DNA of 63,570 nucleotides, filler included, from Asterionella formosa (taxonomy: Eukaryota), in the NCBI GenBank assembly GCA_002256025.1. It is 11 parts of 11 records of this genome, joined end to end, with 100 filler letters (N's around TTAATTAATTAA, not from the genome) between each part and the next. Parts side by side here need not be neighbours in the genome. Positions count along the whole stretch, not along the records: positions 1 to 24,593 come from NKIB01002204.1; 10 more parts are not named here. One strand, given 5' to 3'. Shown one piece after another: positions 1-10,510 of the stretch. A program made the translations under genes and the position numbers. The notes beneath the pieces were generated by a model that was not told the origin of the DNA, searched no databases, and worked only from the letters and a program-made list of their open reading frames with translations. Each line of letters begins with the position of its first letter. The first letter of the stretch is position 1.

Positions 1-589
1 TTGATGTTGCATGTTACAATCATTCTCGTGTGTTTTACGCTTGTTGTACCATCTCTATGCATATTACCGATATTCTGGTTGTCACGCTAAAATCGGCAAT
101 TTTATTGCCGAAAAATTCGATGTGCCCAATATTGCCCTTAAATAAAAATTACTTAAGAAATTACTTAGAGCCTAAAAATTACTTAGAAGTACCCGAATTG
201 CAAGACGATAGCTGGAGCGGGAATTGCTAAACTATTAAGCTAGTCCCTATTATACATATATAGATACTATCATGCGGGCACACAATATTTCTACTACCGG
301 TATTAGTGCTGTTAGTCCAAAACTAGAATCGAATATTCTATTTGATTCTTGTGTGGCCAGTTCAAATACATTGGAGGACAAACAGAAACCCAAGAAATTT
401 GGCCATTTGTGCTGTGTATTGGATTGGATTTTATTAAACACACAATTAAATTTGATACACAGATACACAAAAAGTACGTATGTGTCTGTATTTGTCTTAA
501 GCTAAGAAATAGCCTAAGGAAACATGTGATCAATAAAGTACACTAATGAAATAGATTCCTAGATTTCATTGCTACAATGTGCGATGATA

Positions 590-1978
590 CTAGGCAATAC
601 TTAAGAGAACAAAAACCTCTAACGAAATTGCATGACCCAACAATGCCCACGACCCCCAATGAGCCTTACCTGAAACTCTCAAACAATCGTCTTCCAGCAG
701 ATCAGTAAATCTGGAACATAGAACCGACGTTTGTTCGTCAAATAAAATCCGACTGATACATTCGAGTTGAGGAAGGACCACCAACAGGGAAAGGGCAAAG
801 ATCAAAGGATTGACAATTACGTGCAATACCCGGAGAATAGATTTCATTGACTTTATCCCGCACCAGTACGCAACCGTGAAAGCCCATAAAAGAATTGGGA
901 GGATGAGCACTTGCGTTAACAAGAAACCGCCACATAGTTGTCGCATTAAGCTCTGTGATTTTTGACTGGAAAGAATTGAGACCAAGTCCTTGAAATGGAC
1001 TACGATCTCGCGTTCCTTCATGAATTCCACACCAATACCATGGTATTCGATCCGAAACAAAGGTGTTACCAAAGTCATAGCCATCAAGATGACAGCCAAC
1101 AAAGCACTCTCGAAAACAAACGACTGGTGGATCCAACTTGACCTGTTTGAAACATGGGAAGTTGCTGGTTGACCCCACCTCAGTACAATGGCGACGCCCG
1201 ATGCAGCCATCAATCCTAACACGTAGCTCGTCAAACCAAGTTGTATCTCATTATACAATCGTATCACGGTTTCGGTGAAATGAAGCTGAACTCCTGTGAC
1301 CGTTATATCCAAAATCAACAACAGATAAAATACGAAGAATCCAGCCCGTAATAGCAAATCAAACCATCGTTCATGCAAAATGAGAGGAATGTTTCCAAAG
1401 AAGACTTGGTGGGCTTCAATAATCGCAAGTGGTTGCAAAATCATCGAGCAACAGGGAACTAAAAGAGAGGTAACCCCTACAACAAACAGAATTGTTTTGG
1501 ATTCCAAAGAGTTGGCCAACTGAATAATTTCTGTCAAAGAAAAGCTCTGCAATACTGTATCTGTCAAGTCATCTAGGCCGGGAAGAAATCGCTCTTGCCA
1601 GTCGACAGTGACCGCGAGATGCAGACTAGCCCAGCTGCAGGAAAGAAATGAAGCCCACAAACAGCCCCATTCCAGTAGAATTAATGATCCTCCAATCAAA
1701 CTGAAATATGAAACAGATTCATGATTCAATTTCTCCTGGATTTCAGAAACCGCACGATGCGGCGAAGACAATAGGGGCTCTGACAGTACCTGATTTGTAG
1801 AATTGGAAGAAGCCAATTCAGATGCTAATCGCACATCGTCAAATAGGCTTTCTTGTGGCTCTTTCTTTCTCATGAGTTGTGCGAGAGGTGATTCTCCGTC
1901 GTCGTCTAGTGAATGATTACCAGCTGATAACGAAGGAGGACCATCGCCTGCCAACAACGGCGTGCTGTCGATCGTCAT
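590..1978 (-). CDS. Multi-pass membrane protein, possibly PqiA-like (two internal hydrophobic repeats)
   Basis: Long uninterrupted ORF; first ATG at 1978 (MTIDSTPLL). Acidic, disordered N-terminus followed by about 8-9 hydrophobic segments in two loosely similar halves. The family assignment rests on general resemblance only. Confidence 0.55.
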   Translation of the reverse strand: MTIDSTPLLAGDGPPSLSAGNHSLDDDGESPLAQLMRKKEPQESLFDDVRLASELASSNSTNQVLSEPLLSSPHRAVSEIQEKLNHESVSYFSLIGGSLILLEWGCLWASFLSCSWASLHLAVTVDWQERFLPGLDDLTDTVLQSFSLTEIIQLANSLESKTILFVVGVTSLLVPCCSMILQPLAIIEAHQVFFGNIPLILHERWFDLLLRAGFFVFYLLLILDITVTGVQLHFTETVIRLYNEIQLGLTSYVLGLMAASGVAIVLRWGQPATSHVSNRSSWIHQSFVFESALLAVILMAMTLVTPLFRIEYHGIGVEFMKEREIVVHFKDLVSILSSQKSQSLMRQLCGGFLLTQVLILPILLWAFTVAYWCGIKSMKSILRVLHVIVNPLIFALSLLVVLPQLECISRILFDEQTSVLCSRFTDLLEDDCLRVSGKAHWGSWALLGHAISLEVFVLLSIA

Positions 1979-2423
1979 GTTGTTCGGAGACACCTGATAC
2001 TGGGTATTCTATGGCATGCTGTTTGTTATTCTTGGAGTACCAGGTACCACATAGTAGTAGGTAGTTACTACAGGTACAAGCAACCTACCTGCAGGCGGTT
2101 GCTGTAATTTTGCTGAAATGGACAACGTGGGCTGACGCAACGCACACAGGAGCTCAAAAAGACTGAATAAATTATATCATCGACCTCTCTTACACTTTGA
2201 ATCGACAGTATCACGACTTGTCATAGTGACCTAAATAATTATTTCATATAAACACGGAAACGTCAAAATGCCGAGGCTAAGCTACTGATTCATGTATATA
2301 ATACATAGAGAAAGATTAAAATTGGCTACTACATTTGAAAAAAAAGAGTTTTTTGCCTTTTTCGACTTCCACTTTTGCGCATCTCGAGCGAAATGCAGAT
2401 GCCTGACCCCACTTTTTTCTTGC

Positions 2424-3447
2424 CATGACCCCCTCGTCTCAACAAGCATGTGAGAAAGGATCTAACATCACAAGAGCGTCAACTTATGTTGGATTATGGT
2501 CTGCGGAATCTCCAAAAAGGACCTGAGGGAGGAGGGGACGAAATAGATGGTTGGCTTGTTTTAGAGTGTGGAATCATTAATTTTTGGCGGGCCAGTTCAA
2601 AGTTGATAAAACAACTATACAAAGTCTTCAGAACCGTGCGCTCAAATCCTATTATAATGGTGATACATATGTGTGTGCATTGCTTTCCCGCAAACTCTTG
2701 ACTGGGTATACTCGCAAATACAACTGTGAAGAAATAATTGCAGCAATTAGAGAAATTCCATATCGCAAGAATGCATTGTACTAGGTATCGTAAATTAGCA
2801 GCTGCTCTTGACCTCCTCAAGTCAACAGTTTTTTGATTGCGAAGGATGATAGAGAGAATGTAATATGACCGCACACAATTGGAGTCAAGCTGAACCTTTT
2901 GGAGCTGGGTAAGATAAGTCGGTTTTTTATGTATTGTTTTCCATTTGCTATTGAACCATCCAGATCTTGAACATCCTTCCCCTGACATTGATTTCTATCC
3001 TGGACTGCTTGGATATTATGATGGCTTCTAGTACAACCAGATTCATATAGATGAAAAGGGTTCTTTGTTTCAGAAGAAAAGTTGAAAATAAATCTGGCTC
3101 GTGGAGACGAGGCTCCCACAAGGCAAACGAAAGGTAATGTTCCTTTCAGCTGTGACTTGTCCGCGTTTTCACAACAAAAAGGGTTATATGTTTGATAGTA
3201 AAATTGTAATTTGGCCATTTTTGCACCAAGAAGCAGTGCAAAGAAGTTCAATTTATCGACCGGCAAGGACAAGGGAAACGAAGCCACTCCCAGTGACAAA
3301 ATAGTTGTATGTTCTTTCTTAACATTACAGGGTTGCTTGCAAGAGATTATTTTGCATAATGATGACAAAAATTATGAAATACCTCAGATTGGGAAAGCGA
3401 CTTTGGAATGGGCGGGGATTTTACCTGATAGATTAGCAGCTAGGTAA
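2424..3447 (+). mobile_element. Degenerate Tc1/Mariner (plant-mariner-like) transposase relic with internal deletion
   Basis: Frameshifted fragments IHIDEK(W)FF (~3042-3070), RKVMFLSAVTCPRF..FDSKIVIWPFL..RSSIYRPARTRETKP (3101-3304) and CLQEIILHNDDKNYEIPQIGKATLEWAGILP match the motif order of plant-type mariner transposases. The central catalytic segment is missing. Confidence 0.8.
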
Positions 3448-3581
3448 AGAGCAATTGAGTTGGTCCGCACATTCCTGGATTGAAATGCTTCCAACTATTA
3501 TGGGAAATGTTAATAAAAACTAAATCTAAAGTGAATAATATTCTTCTATACTAGTTTTCACGTCATCAATGATTTCTTTTT

Positions 3582-6500
3582 CTAATCTGCGAGCTCCCCA
3601 ATTTTGTCAGCTTTGACTAGTGACAATCTGCTCTTTGAATGAACGGCATCAAAGGATTCCGTTCCATCGCGACCAGCTAATTTTTGAATCAACTTAGGTC
3701 CACCAGGGTGAGTTTTTGCAAATTCTGATATGTTGTAGACATCGCCGTGAAATGCAACCCAACAATCTGTCGTCGAATTATGAAGGTTAAGCTCAGCCAG
3801 TGTAATTTCCCTGACATCGTGTTCGCTCTCTTTGGTCAAATTGGCTGGAATTGTTTCAAATCGCCCCATTATCACGTCACCGAAATCTTCTAACATGCGT
3901 TCGTTGTGTACAGCATTGAAGGCAATGCTACCATCCTTACCGGCGAGGGCGAAGATAGATTCAGCCCCTCCTGGATGCTCTTCAGCAAATTCAGTAAAAT
4001 CGTATACAATCCCGTTGATTGCAACCCAGCAATCACCTTCATGGTTGTGCTTCTCCAGTTCTTCCATTTTGATCTCGCTGGTGCAACTCTTGACTTCCTT
4101 TGCTAGATTTGTAGCAGTTGCTTGCACACTCGATTGTAAGGCGCGAGTGCTCTTGATGGGTAACTTCTTCCCAACGATACTTCCGAATACTGTGCACTCA
4201 AGCAGCGAATTACCCCCCAGACGGTTGTCACCGTGCACGCCACCTGTGACCTCACCAGCAGCGTGTAAACCCTGTATGCGTTCCCCGTATTCTGTCAACA
4301 CGTTGCCTTCTGTGTCGATGGAAATCCCTCCCATGCAATAGTGTAGAACTGGTGTAACTTTGCCCGCGTAAAAGATTTCTGAATCAAGATCCATTTGTGG
4401 GATTCCCCTGAATTCAACTTTTCCCCACTGGTCCATGCCCTTTTCGGCGCTCTCTCTATACTGAATTAAAGTCCTGCGAAGGACATCCTCCTTCACCCCC
4501 ATCCACTCAGAAAGTGCAGAAAGCCCTTCAATCTTAGTTAAAAGCCCCTTGTGTGAGTATAGATCAACATGCTTCTTACCGTCTTCGGCAGCTGAAGAGG
4601 CCAAAACCATATTGAAGGTCTCAATCGGGCTATCCTTGTCCCACCGACCCGCTTTTGCGTAGTGAGAATTATGCTGCAGCATCTTGTCAGTAACATAGGC
4701 TCGAGTACCAAGTTCATTACAAAATCGCTTTCCTTCCTTGTTTATAAGAATGCCACCTACTCCACGCATCAGCTCCGCAGCCAGGACTTTGCTTTTATTG
4801 TCAGGATCAGCAGGATCGACCCATCCAGTCGGATGGATCTGTACCTTGTCCATGTCCACAATCCCAGCCCCAAGAGTGGTAGCAAGTGTTAAACCATCCC
4901 CATTTGAAAATTCACCAGCTGTAGCAGGCATATTTACAAGCTCGGGCCGGTACTTGTCTAAGTACGAGCCAGTGCTTCTATCCGCTGCAAAACCTCCAGT
5001 TGCCAAGACGACATTGGATCCTATCAGTTGTTCTGTGTCACCGCTTATCAGGTTTCTGCTTTGGACGCCAATCACCCTACCTTTTTCATTTGTCAACAGT
5101 TGAGTGACTCGAGAATCGACAATAATCTTAACCTTGCCTGTCTTTTCGTAGGACTGAACAGCTTTCTGCATCCCGTAAATGATTTCTGCTCCTACCATCC
5201 CATTACTTGGACGATGAGTGCGCTTGTGCGAGTGACCACCAAGTTGAGCAATCAACGAGAGATCAATACCAACCCGCTCTTTCAACCAAACAACAGCTTC
5301 TTCGGATTTGCTCACTAACACGTCAATCAGCTCTTGTCGCACAGTAGATCCCGCAGACTTGATAGTATCATTCTTAAACGACTCTATGAAGTCACCGAAT
5401 GTAGAATTTTGAGGACAGCATGCATTGATCCCAGAGGAAGCTTTGTTCGAGTTCCCCCCCAGACGGTGTTCCTTTTCTATAACGGTCACCTTGCCACCAC
5501 GATCAAGGATATTCAAGGCAGCAGTTAAACCAGCGAGGCCACTTCCGACAATAATCGCATCAGGCTCGTTATCGTTGCCACCAGTTCCAATCATGTTTGA
5601 AAAGCTTAAAAACTTGTCCGCATCACTTGCATAGTGCTTAGCCAAGATCAAAATGTCAGAATTGCGTTGCAAAGCTAAATGAACCAATTCAGCTTCACGT
5701 TCATTGGAAATGTGGCCACCGCGAGATAACAACGCTGTCAAACCAACGGCAGTATCGACCAAGTTGACCAGGGAATTTCCTGTTTCTATAAATGTTTCCT
5801 CTGAGGGCACAGCCACTATTGTCGCTTGAGTTGCTTTTGCTATGGTCTTGCTTTCCAGAGACTGCGATCGCCAGTATAAATTAGTCAATTCCCTTACTTC
5901 CTTCATACTTTCACTAAACTTGGCAATCGTGTTAATAAAAGCAACCACTTCATTGCGCTCTAAGGAGATGATATCATTCATGAACAAAATCTTCAAGGCG
6001 GTTCCATATCCCGTCATTGCCATTTTGCCATGCAGCTTACATTGTTGGCACTGGACACAATCCAAAATAGATGAAATATTATGAAAGACGCCTTTGAAGT
6101 TTTGCTTCAAAGAAATGACATTTTTTGATGCAACATCTTCGGAGAACATGAGTGTTTCATCAAAGGCTGAAAAGACGGGTTGACAAGATTTAAGAATTGC
6201 TGAATCCAGCAATCGCTTTAGCAAAACAGATGCCGCTTGATCTTCCAACGTGTTTCCAGATGATATGGGATAGTTGTACAGGTAGTCAGAAGCCTTGCGA
6301 AGCGCTCGGAGGAGCACGACGTAGGAAAAATGAAGATTGCGAAGATAGTCAGGATTACCTTCAAACTTTGCCATAAAAAGCTCTGGATTGGGCTCCCAAT
6401 TGAGTCGATTCTTACGCTTTGACGGAGGATAATAGTGTTTGACTATGGACAAGGTAGTGGAAGTGTGTAATCCACTCAGTAGCCTGTGCATGACGCGTTC

Positions 6501-7442
6501 TTCATAGCACATTTCATGTTCCTTGGCTACCAGGCAGTTTTCTTGATATATCGCATTCCAAATGTGTGTTCCATTGTACCCTGTGTTGCGTTCTGGATTC
6601 AAGAGCAAATTTACCACCTTTGTTGTGTCACCCGCTTTAATGTTAACGCACATGTCGTGCCAAAAAGTGTCGAGTAAGGGATTCGAACAGTCTTTTCCTT
6701 CGCAACAATCTTCCTTTTGGGTGTCAGCAATAACTTTGTCGGAATGCTTGTTCCATTGATACGTCTTGCGTTGGGCTTCTGATTCAAAACCAAGACTATA
6801 AATTGTTTGCAGTGCGGCGGCAATGAAATCCTGAATGGGAGTTGAGCGCTTTTCATCTTCATTCAATGTACAGAGTGGCTCTGAATCATCGTCCATGCCC
6901 AAGTCTTCACCTCCATCGCATTCAAAGTCTGCATCGTCTAATTTTGGTTCTAAATCAGAACCAGGCTTGGATGACGCTGCCTTCTTGTCGTTTCTTTCTG
7001 ATTTGAAGATGCTCACGTCGCTAGTCATGCCTCCTCCATATCCCAGAGCAGAAAAAGGATCCTCTTCTTGCAATGCACAAGCAGGACCAGCATCATCATC
7101 CATGTCGGGGATTCCGTCGGATTCGCAAGTTTTCAATTCTACCTCCTCGTCTGCATCCGATTCCTTTTCAACTTTCTCTATTGAAGTACTCGTATCTTCC
7201 TTTTTCAAAGGACACGTCTGATCCAAGTCCACGATAAAGGATCTGAAAAAGGAAGTTGCCTTGAGCTCATGCAAAATTTCAAATAATTGAGAGTCATTGG
7301 CTTTTTCTAAGTCTTCCACGTTGCATTGCATGTCACTGTAAATTGGTCCGGAACTTGGCAACGACGAGGAAGGGTAAAACAATGGTTGTGTTAGGCTGCA
7401 TACTGGGGAACAAAGCAGCAATAGAGCGACCGTGAACTTCAT
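3582..7442 (-). CDS. Secretory-pathway fusion protein: ER oxidoreductin 1 (ERO1) + soluble FAD-dependent fumarate reductase (Osm1/flavocytochrome c type) + two cytochrome b5 domains
   Basis: Single 1286-aa ORF with a signal peptide (MKFTVALLLLCSPVCS). ERO1 motifs FFRSFIVDL, LLLNPERNTGYNG, CYEERVMHRLLSGLHTS and CVQCQQCKLHGK. FRD motifs GSGLAGL, GGNSNKASSGIN, GGHSHKRTH, VQIHPTG, HYCMGG and GGVHGDNRLGGNSL. Two b5 domains, each with HPGG and a second His. Confidence 0.93.
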   Translation of the reverse strand: MKFTVALLLLCSPVCSLTQPLFYPSSSLPSSGPIYSDMQCNVEDLEKANDSQLFEILHELKATSFFRSFIVDLDQTCPLKKEDTSTSIEKVEKESDADEEVELKTCESDGIPDMDDDAGPACALQEEDPFSALGYGGGMTSDVSIFKSERNDKKAASSKPGSDLEPKLDDADFECDGGEDLGMDDDSEPLCTLNEDEKRSTPIQDFIAAALQTIYSLGFESEAQRKTYQWNKHSDKVIADTQKEDCCEGKDCSNPLLDTFWHDMCVNIKAGDTTKVVNLLLNPERNTGYNGTHIWNAIYQENCLVAKEHEMCYEERVMHRLLSGLHTSTTLSIVKHYYPPSKRKNRLNWEPNPELFMAKFEGNPDYLRNLHFSYVVLLRALRKASDYLYNYPISSGNTLEDQAASVLLKRLLDSAILKSCQPVFSAFDETLMFSEDVASKNVISLKQNFKGVFHNISSILDCVQCQQCKLHGKMAMTGYGTALKILFMNDIISLERNEVVAFINTIAKFSESMKEVRELTNLYWRSQSLESKTIAKATQATIVAVPSEETFIETGNSLVNLVDTAVGLTALLSRGGHISNEREAELVHLALQRNSDILILAKHYASDADKFLSFSNMIGTGGNDNEPDAIIVGSGLAGLTAALNILDRGGKVTVIEKEHRLGGNSNKASSGINACCPQNSTFGDFIESFKNDTIKSAGSTVRQELIDVLVSKSEEAVVWLKERVGIDLSLIAQLGGHSHKRTHRPSNGMVGAEIIYGMQKAVQSYEKTGKVKIIVDSRVTQLLTNEKGRVIGVQSRNLISGDTEQLIGSNVVLATGGFAADRSTGSYLDKYRPELVNMPATAGEFSNGDGLTLATTLGAGIVDMDKVQIHPTGWVDPADPDNKSKVLAAELMRGVGGILINKEGKRFCNELGTRAYVTDKMLQHNSHYAKAGRWDKDSPIETFNMVLASSAAEDGKKHVDLYSHKGLLTKIEGLSALSEWMGVKEDVLRRTLIQYRESAEKGMDQWGKVEFRGIPQMDLDSEIFYAGKVTPVLHYCMGGISIDTEGNVLTEYGERIQGLHAAGEVTGGVHGDNRLGGNSLLECTVFGSIVGKKLPIKSTRALQSSVQATATNLAKEVKSCTSEIKMEELEKHNHEGDCWVAINGIVYDFTEFAEEHPGGAESIFALAGKDGSIAFNAVHNERMLEDFGDVIMGRFETIPANLTKESEHDVREITLAELNLHNSTTDCWVAFHGDVYNISEFAKTHPGGPKLIQKLAGRDGTESFDAVHSKSRLSLVKADKIGELAD

Positions 7443-8293
7443 GGTTTTGGTGATGCGGCGGAAGAAGTAAGTGACGGCAGAACAGGTTTCACAAGCAGAA
7501 ATTTAAGGATTGGTTCCTCTGATAGAGAGCAAGTATCGTTAAGCAGTTTCGATTCAAATGCCAATGCCGATACTGAGCTTTAAATTTGGCTCACGCGTTT
7601 GTCTCAAGACCTTTCACAGCCAACTATGAAGTGAATGAATCAATGGATGTCACGGAGCGGAGGTGAGGGAAATCCTTTTCTCAGATGTATGATTGTTCAA
7701 GTTCATTATTTGCATGGAATTATGACTATCACGTCTCGATCGTTGTTGTACAGCATGCATCATGTGTCGTGCGTATAATACTAACGGTATACATGAGATA
7801 TTTAGAGCTCGATGGAAAAAGGCGAAAACTGAAGCGGAAGGCAGTCGAACAACAAGAGGAAGATGCGTTGATGATGGCGGGCTATTCATATGGTGTGCGG
7901 AATACACCTGGCACCAGGTACCTGGTACCTGGTTACCACACATGATAAGCGCGGGTGTATACTTACCAACTACATATGGTTACGGAACACAGTCCACGAC
8001 AACGCACAACACACCTCGTGCTGTACTGAATACCAAAACTGTTGATGATGCAATATAAAATGTATTTCTATCTCACTATGCACACATATGGACAGGTACT
8101 GGTACATACCGGTACCGGATACCAGTGCCCGTATGTTGGTTTTAGTGATTTTTCTTGATGTCGTAGTTGTATCATATGCCCTGCTCCCGCCAACTTCACG
8201 ACTGATTGACACTCTGTGTACCAGGAACCGCTGGTACTACAGTACTCGGTACACATGAATATTTTCTTGGTAGTATGATTCCTAGCTACAAGC

Positions 8294-8642
8294 AAGTTGC
8301 AGTAGTTTTGCTGTAGCTAAAGATTTAGTTATCTTTATCCAATATTAAAATGTTTATTTAAGCAAAATGACCGCAACTTGGAGGTACTACTGTTAATATC
8401 TGCATATGATGCTCCATACATGCCCAGCCACCAGATTAGGTACATGCGTGAGTGCTAACAACGATGTACTTGGAACAGCAATAGAATAGTTATAATATTG
8501 TAGTTCACCTTTATTCACGACAAGGTTCCCCTCAACAACTACATACATACCTGCAACTGCGGTCATTTTGCTTAAATAAACATTTTAATCTGGAATAAAA
8601 ATAACTAAATAATTAGTTTCAGCACAATTCTTACCGCAACTT
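8294..8642. mobile_element. MITE-like element with ~90-bp imperfect terminal inverted repeats
   Basis: 8294-8386 is the reverse complement of 8548-8642, with a perfect core ATTAAAATGTTTATTTAAGCAAAATGACCGCA. The interior is non-coding. Confidence 0.7.
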
Positions 8643-8683
8643 ACTGGTATCATCCCTTGGTTTCCATTGATAGGACCCCTCTG

Positions 8684-8824
8684 TCGAATATTGCAAGTAG
8701 TTGCATCATTTTTTTCAAATCTCTATGAGGCCATTTTGATTCTTACAAGACCACTCTATCGAATATTGCTAGTAGTTGCATCATTTTTTTCAAATCTCTA
8801 TGAGGCCATTTTGATTCTTACAAG
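8684..8824 (+). repeat. 75-bp tandem duplication (~1.9 copies)
   Basis: TCGAATATTGC(A/T)AGTAGTTGCATCATTTTTTTCAAATCTCTATGAGGCCATTTTGATTCTTACAAG occurs at 8684 and 8759. Confidence 0.9.
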
Positions 8825-9757
8825 TTTTCTCTGGCTCAATTGCCATATTGTGTGGCTTGCTCTAAGCTACAGATCAGAACAGGAGGGGGAACAACAAACA
8901 ACAGCAAGCACTGGTGATACAAGATTCAAAATCGGAATAGCTAGAAGGAAAACGGGCAAGACCACAGCAAGCAGATACCAGAAAGAAAAGGGGAATATTG
9001 TGTGTAGCGACTCGAGACAAAGAAAGGTGGAGATCATTTCCAAATATAGCAGACCAATGGCAATGCATTTCAACCTATTTTTGAACAGTAATTTGAATAG
9101 AGTTACTATCTTGTTGTTGAGATTGGTATAAAATTACATCTGTGAATGAAAGACTTTTGAGCTAGGCCTAACATTTTTTCTTTATTATCGACTGCCACAA
9201 AATTATCGCAGTATGTTGCATTTTTTGTTATTGATCAAAAAATTTAAAAAGTTATTGATCAATCACTTGTGAATCCTGGCAGGCAATTACCAGGATGAAA
9301 TGTAGGACAAAATGGTGTTGAGTTGGTTGAGATGTCATTTGGAGTAGATGGATGAGACGAGCGCTTTTTGTTGTTGTGGACCAAAGCGGCAAGTGTGCAT
9401 GTGTGAAGGGGGTCAAGAGTTTTGGTGGGAGGGTCAGAGGGGCGAGATACAGTAAAAGAGATTACATTTCAATGGGATCATGCATGCACCCAAGCAGGGC
9501 TTTCCGGTTTCAACCGAAGTTGCAAATGTAGAATGGAAGAATTTCGGAGACAATGTCAGCCAAGGAACATCAGAAGGAGCAGGAGTGACAGGAGTGAGAG
9601 GAGCAACATGGGCGGAAAGCGCCATGGTCAAGGGTGATTCAAGCAGCAGCAGCAGCAGCGCCATGGGAACAGCTTTAGGTCGTGTACCAGAGTAGTATAA
9701 TTAATAGAGGGCAAGTAACCCGGAAAGTTCAATGTTGCGATGTTGAAAAGTGATCAT

Positions 9758-9923
9758 TTATATATATTATATATATATATATATTATATGAGTGATAAAG
9801 CTGACGGTACCTGGTATGTTTAGTGCGGTGGAAGCAACATTTATGTTTCACTTTTGCATATATTATATATATATAATATATATATGCATATATTATATAT
9901 ATATAATATATATATATATATAA
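9758..9923. repeat. Interrupted (TA)n microsatellite tracts
   Basis: Two TA-rich tracts at ~9758-9789 and ~9858-9923. Confidence 0.85.
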
Positions 9924-9949
9924 TTGATCACACACATATAGTTGAAATT

Positions 9950-10510
9950 GTTGTCACCCATCCTGTCCACTGTGCATCCTTTAACAGAATGAGCACACAA
10001 TTGTCTTTAATATCTTCACTTCAGTTCTGGTAGCAACATTTGTTTAGATCATTTGCTTTGACATGTTTTATTCAAGATGAAATGAAAGAGTCAGCGAAAT
10101 TATTGATGATGCATTCATATGTGCAATGAATCGATCACATAATTTATGATCACAAGCGCTCTTTGTTACACGCATGTGCACCAAGACAACTTCGTAACTT
10201 CTGTAAAAAAGCACTTTCCTATACACAAACTTGAAGCAAAAGAATTGTTCGTAACAATCAAGGTTTCTGTTAACAAAACTTCGCGCTCAAATAGACATAT
10301 GGTCTGGAAATTAGCATATAACTTACCTATTGATTGATAGGTTACAGGGTCTCAATCGTCATTTTCGCATCTGCATGTAGGGAAGAGATATATTATTGAT
10401 ACAGACATATCTATCATTTTTAAAATATAATGCATGCTAAGCAATGCACACAGACGCTACAAACTTTCTGCAACATTGCAAAAGAACACATCAAGTGTGA
10501 CTTCTTCTTA
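9950..10510. repeat. Degenerate dispersed repeat, homologous to ~26280-27020
   Basis: Shared colinear blocks with contig 2, for example CCACTGTGCATCCT..CAGAATGAGCACAC, AACTTACCTAT..GATTGAT, ATCTGCAT.T.G.AAG and CAGAC.CTACAAA..TCTGCA.CATTG. Confidence 0.65.

Noticed and set aside
3832..7221. Many plus-strand ORFs antisense to the ERO1-FRD gene (likewise opposite NhaD, FabF, POT and Copia)
   Set aside because: Shadow ORFs of real coding strands with no independent motifs.
8667..9131. 154-aa ORF with a 25-aa repeat
   Set aside because: It has a non-ATG start, the repeat simply reflects the 75-bp duplication, and there is no recognisable domain.
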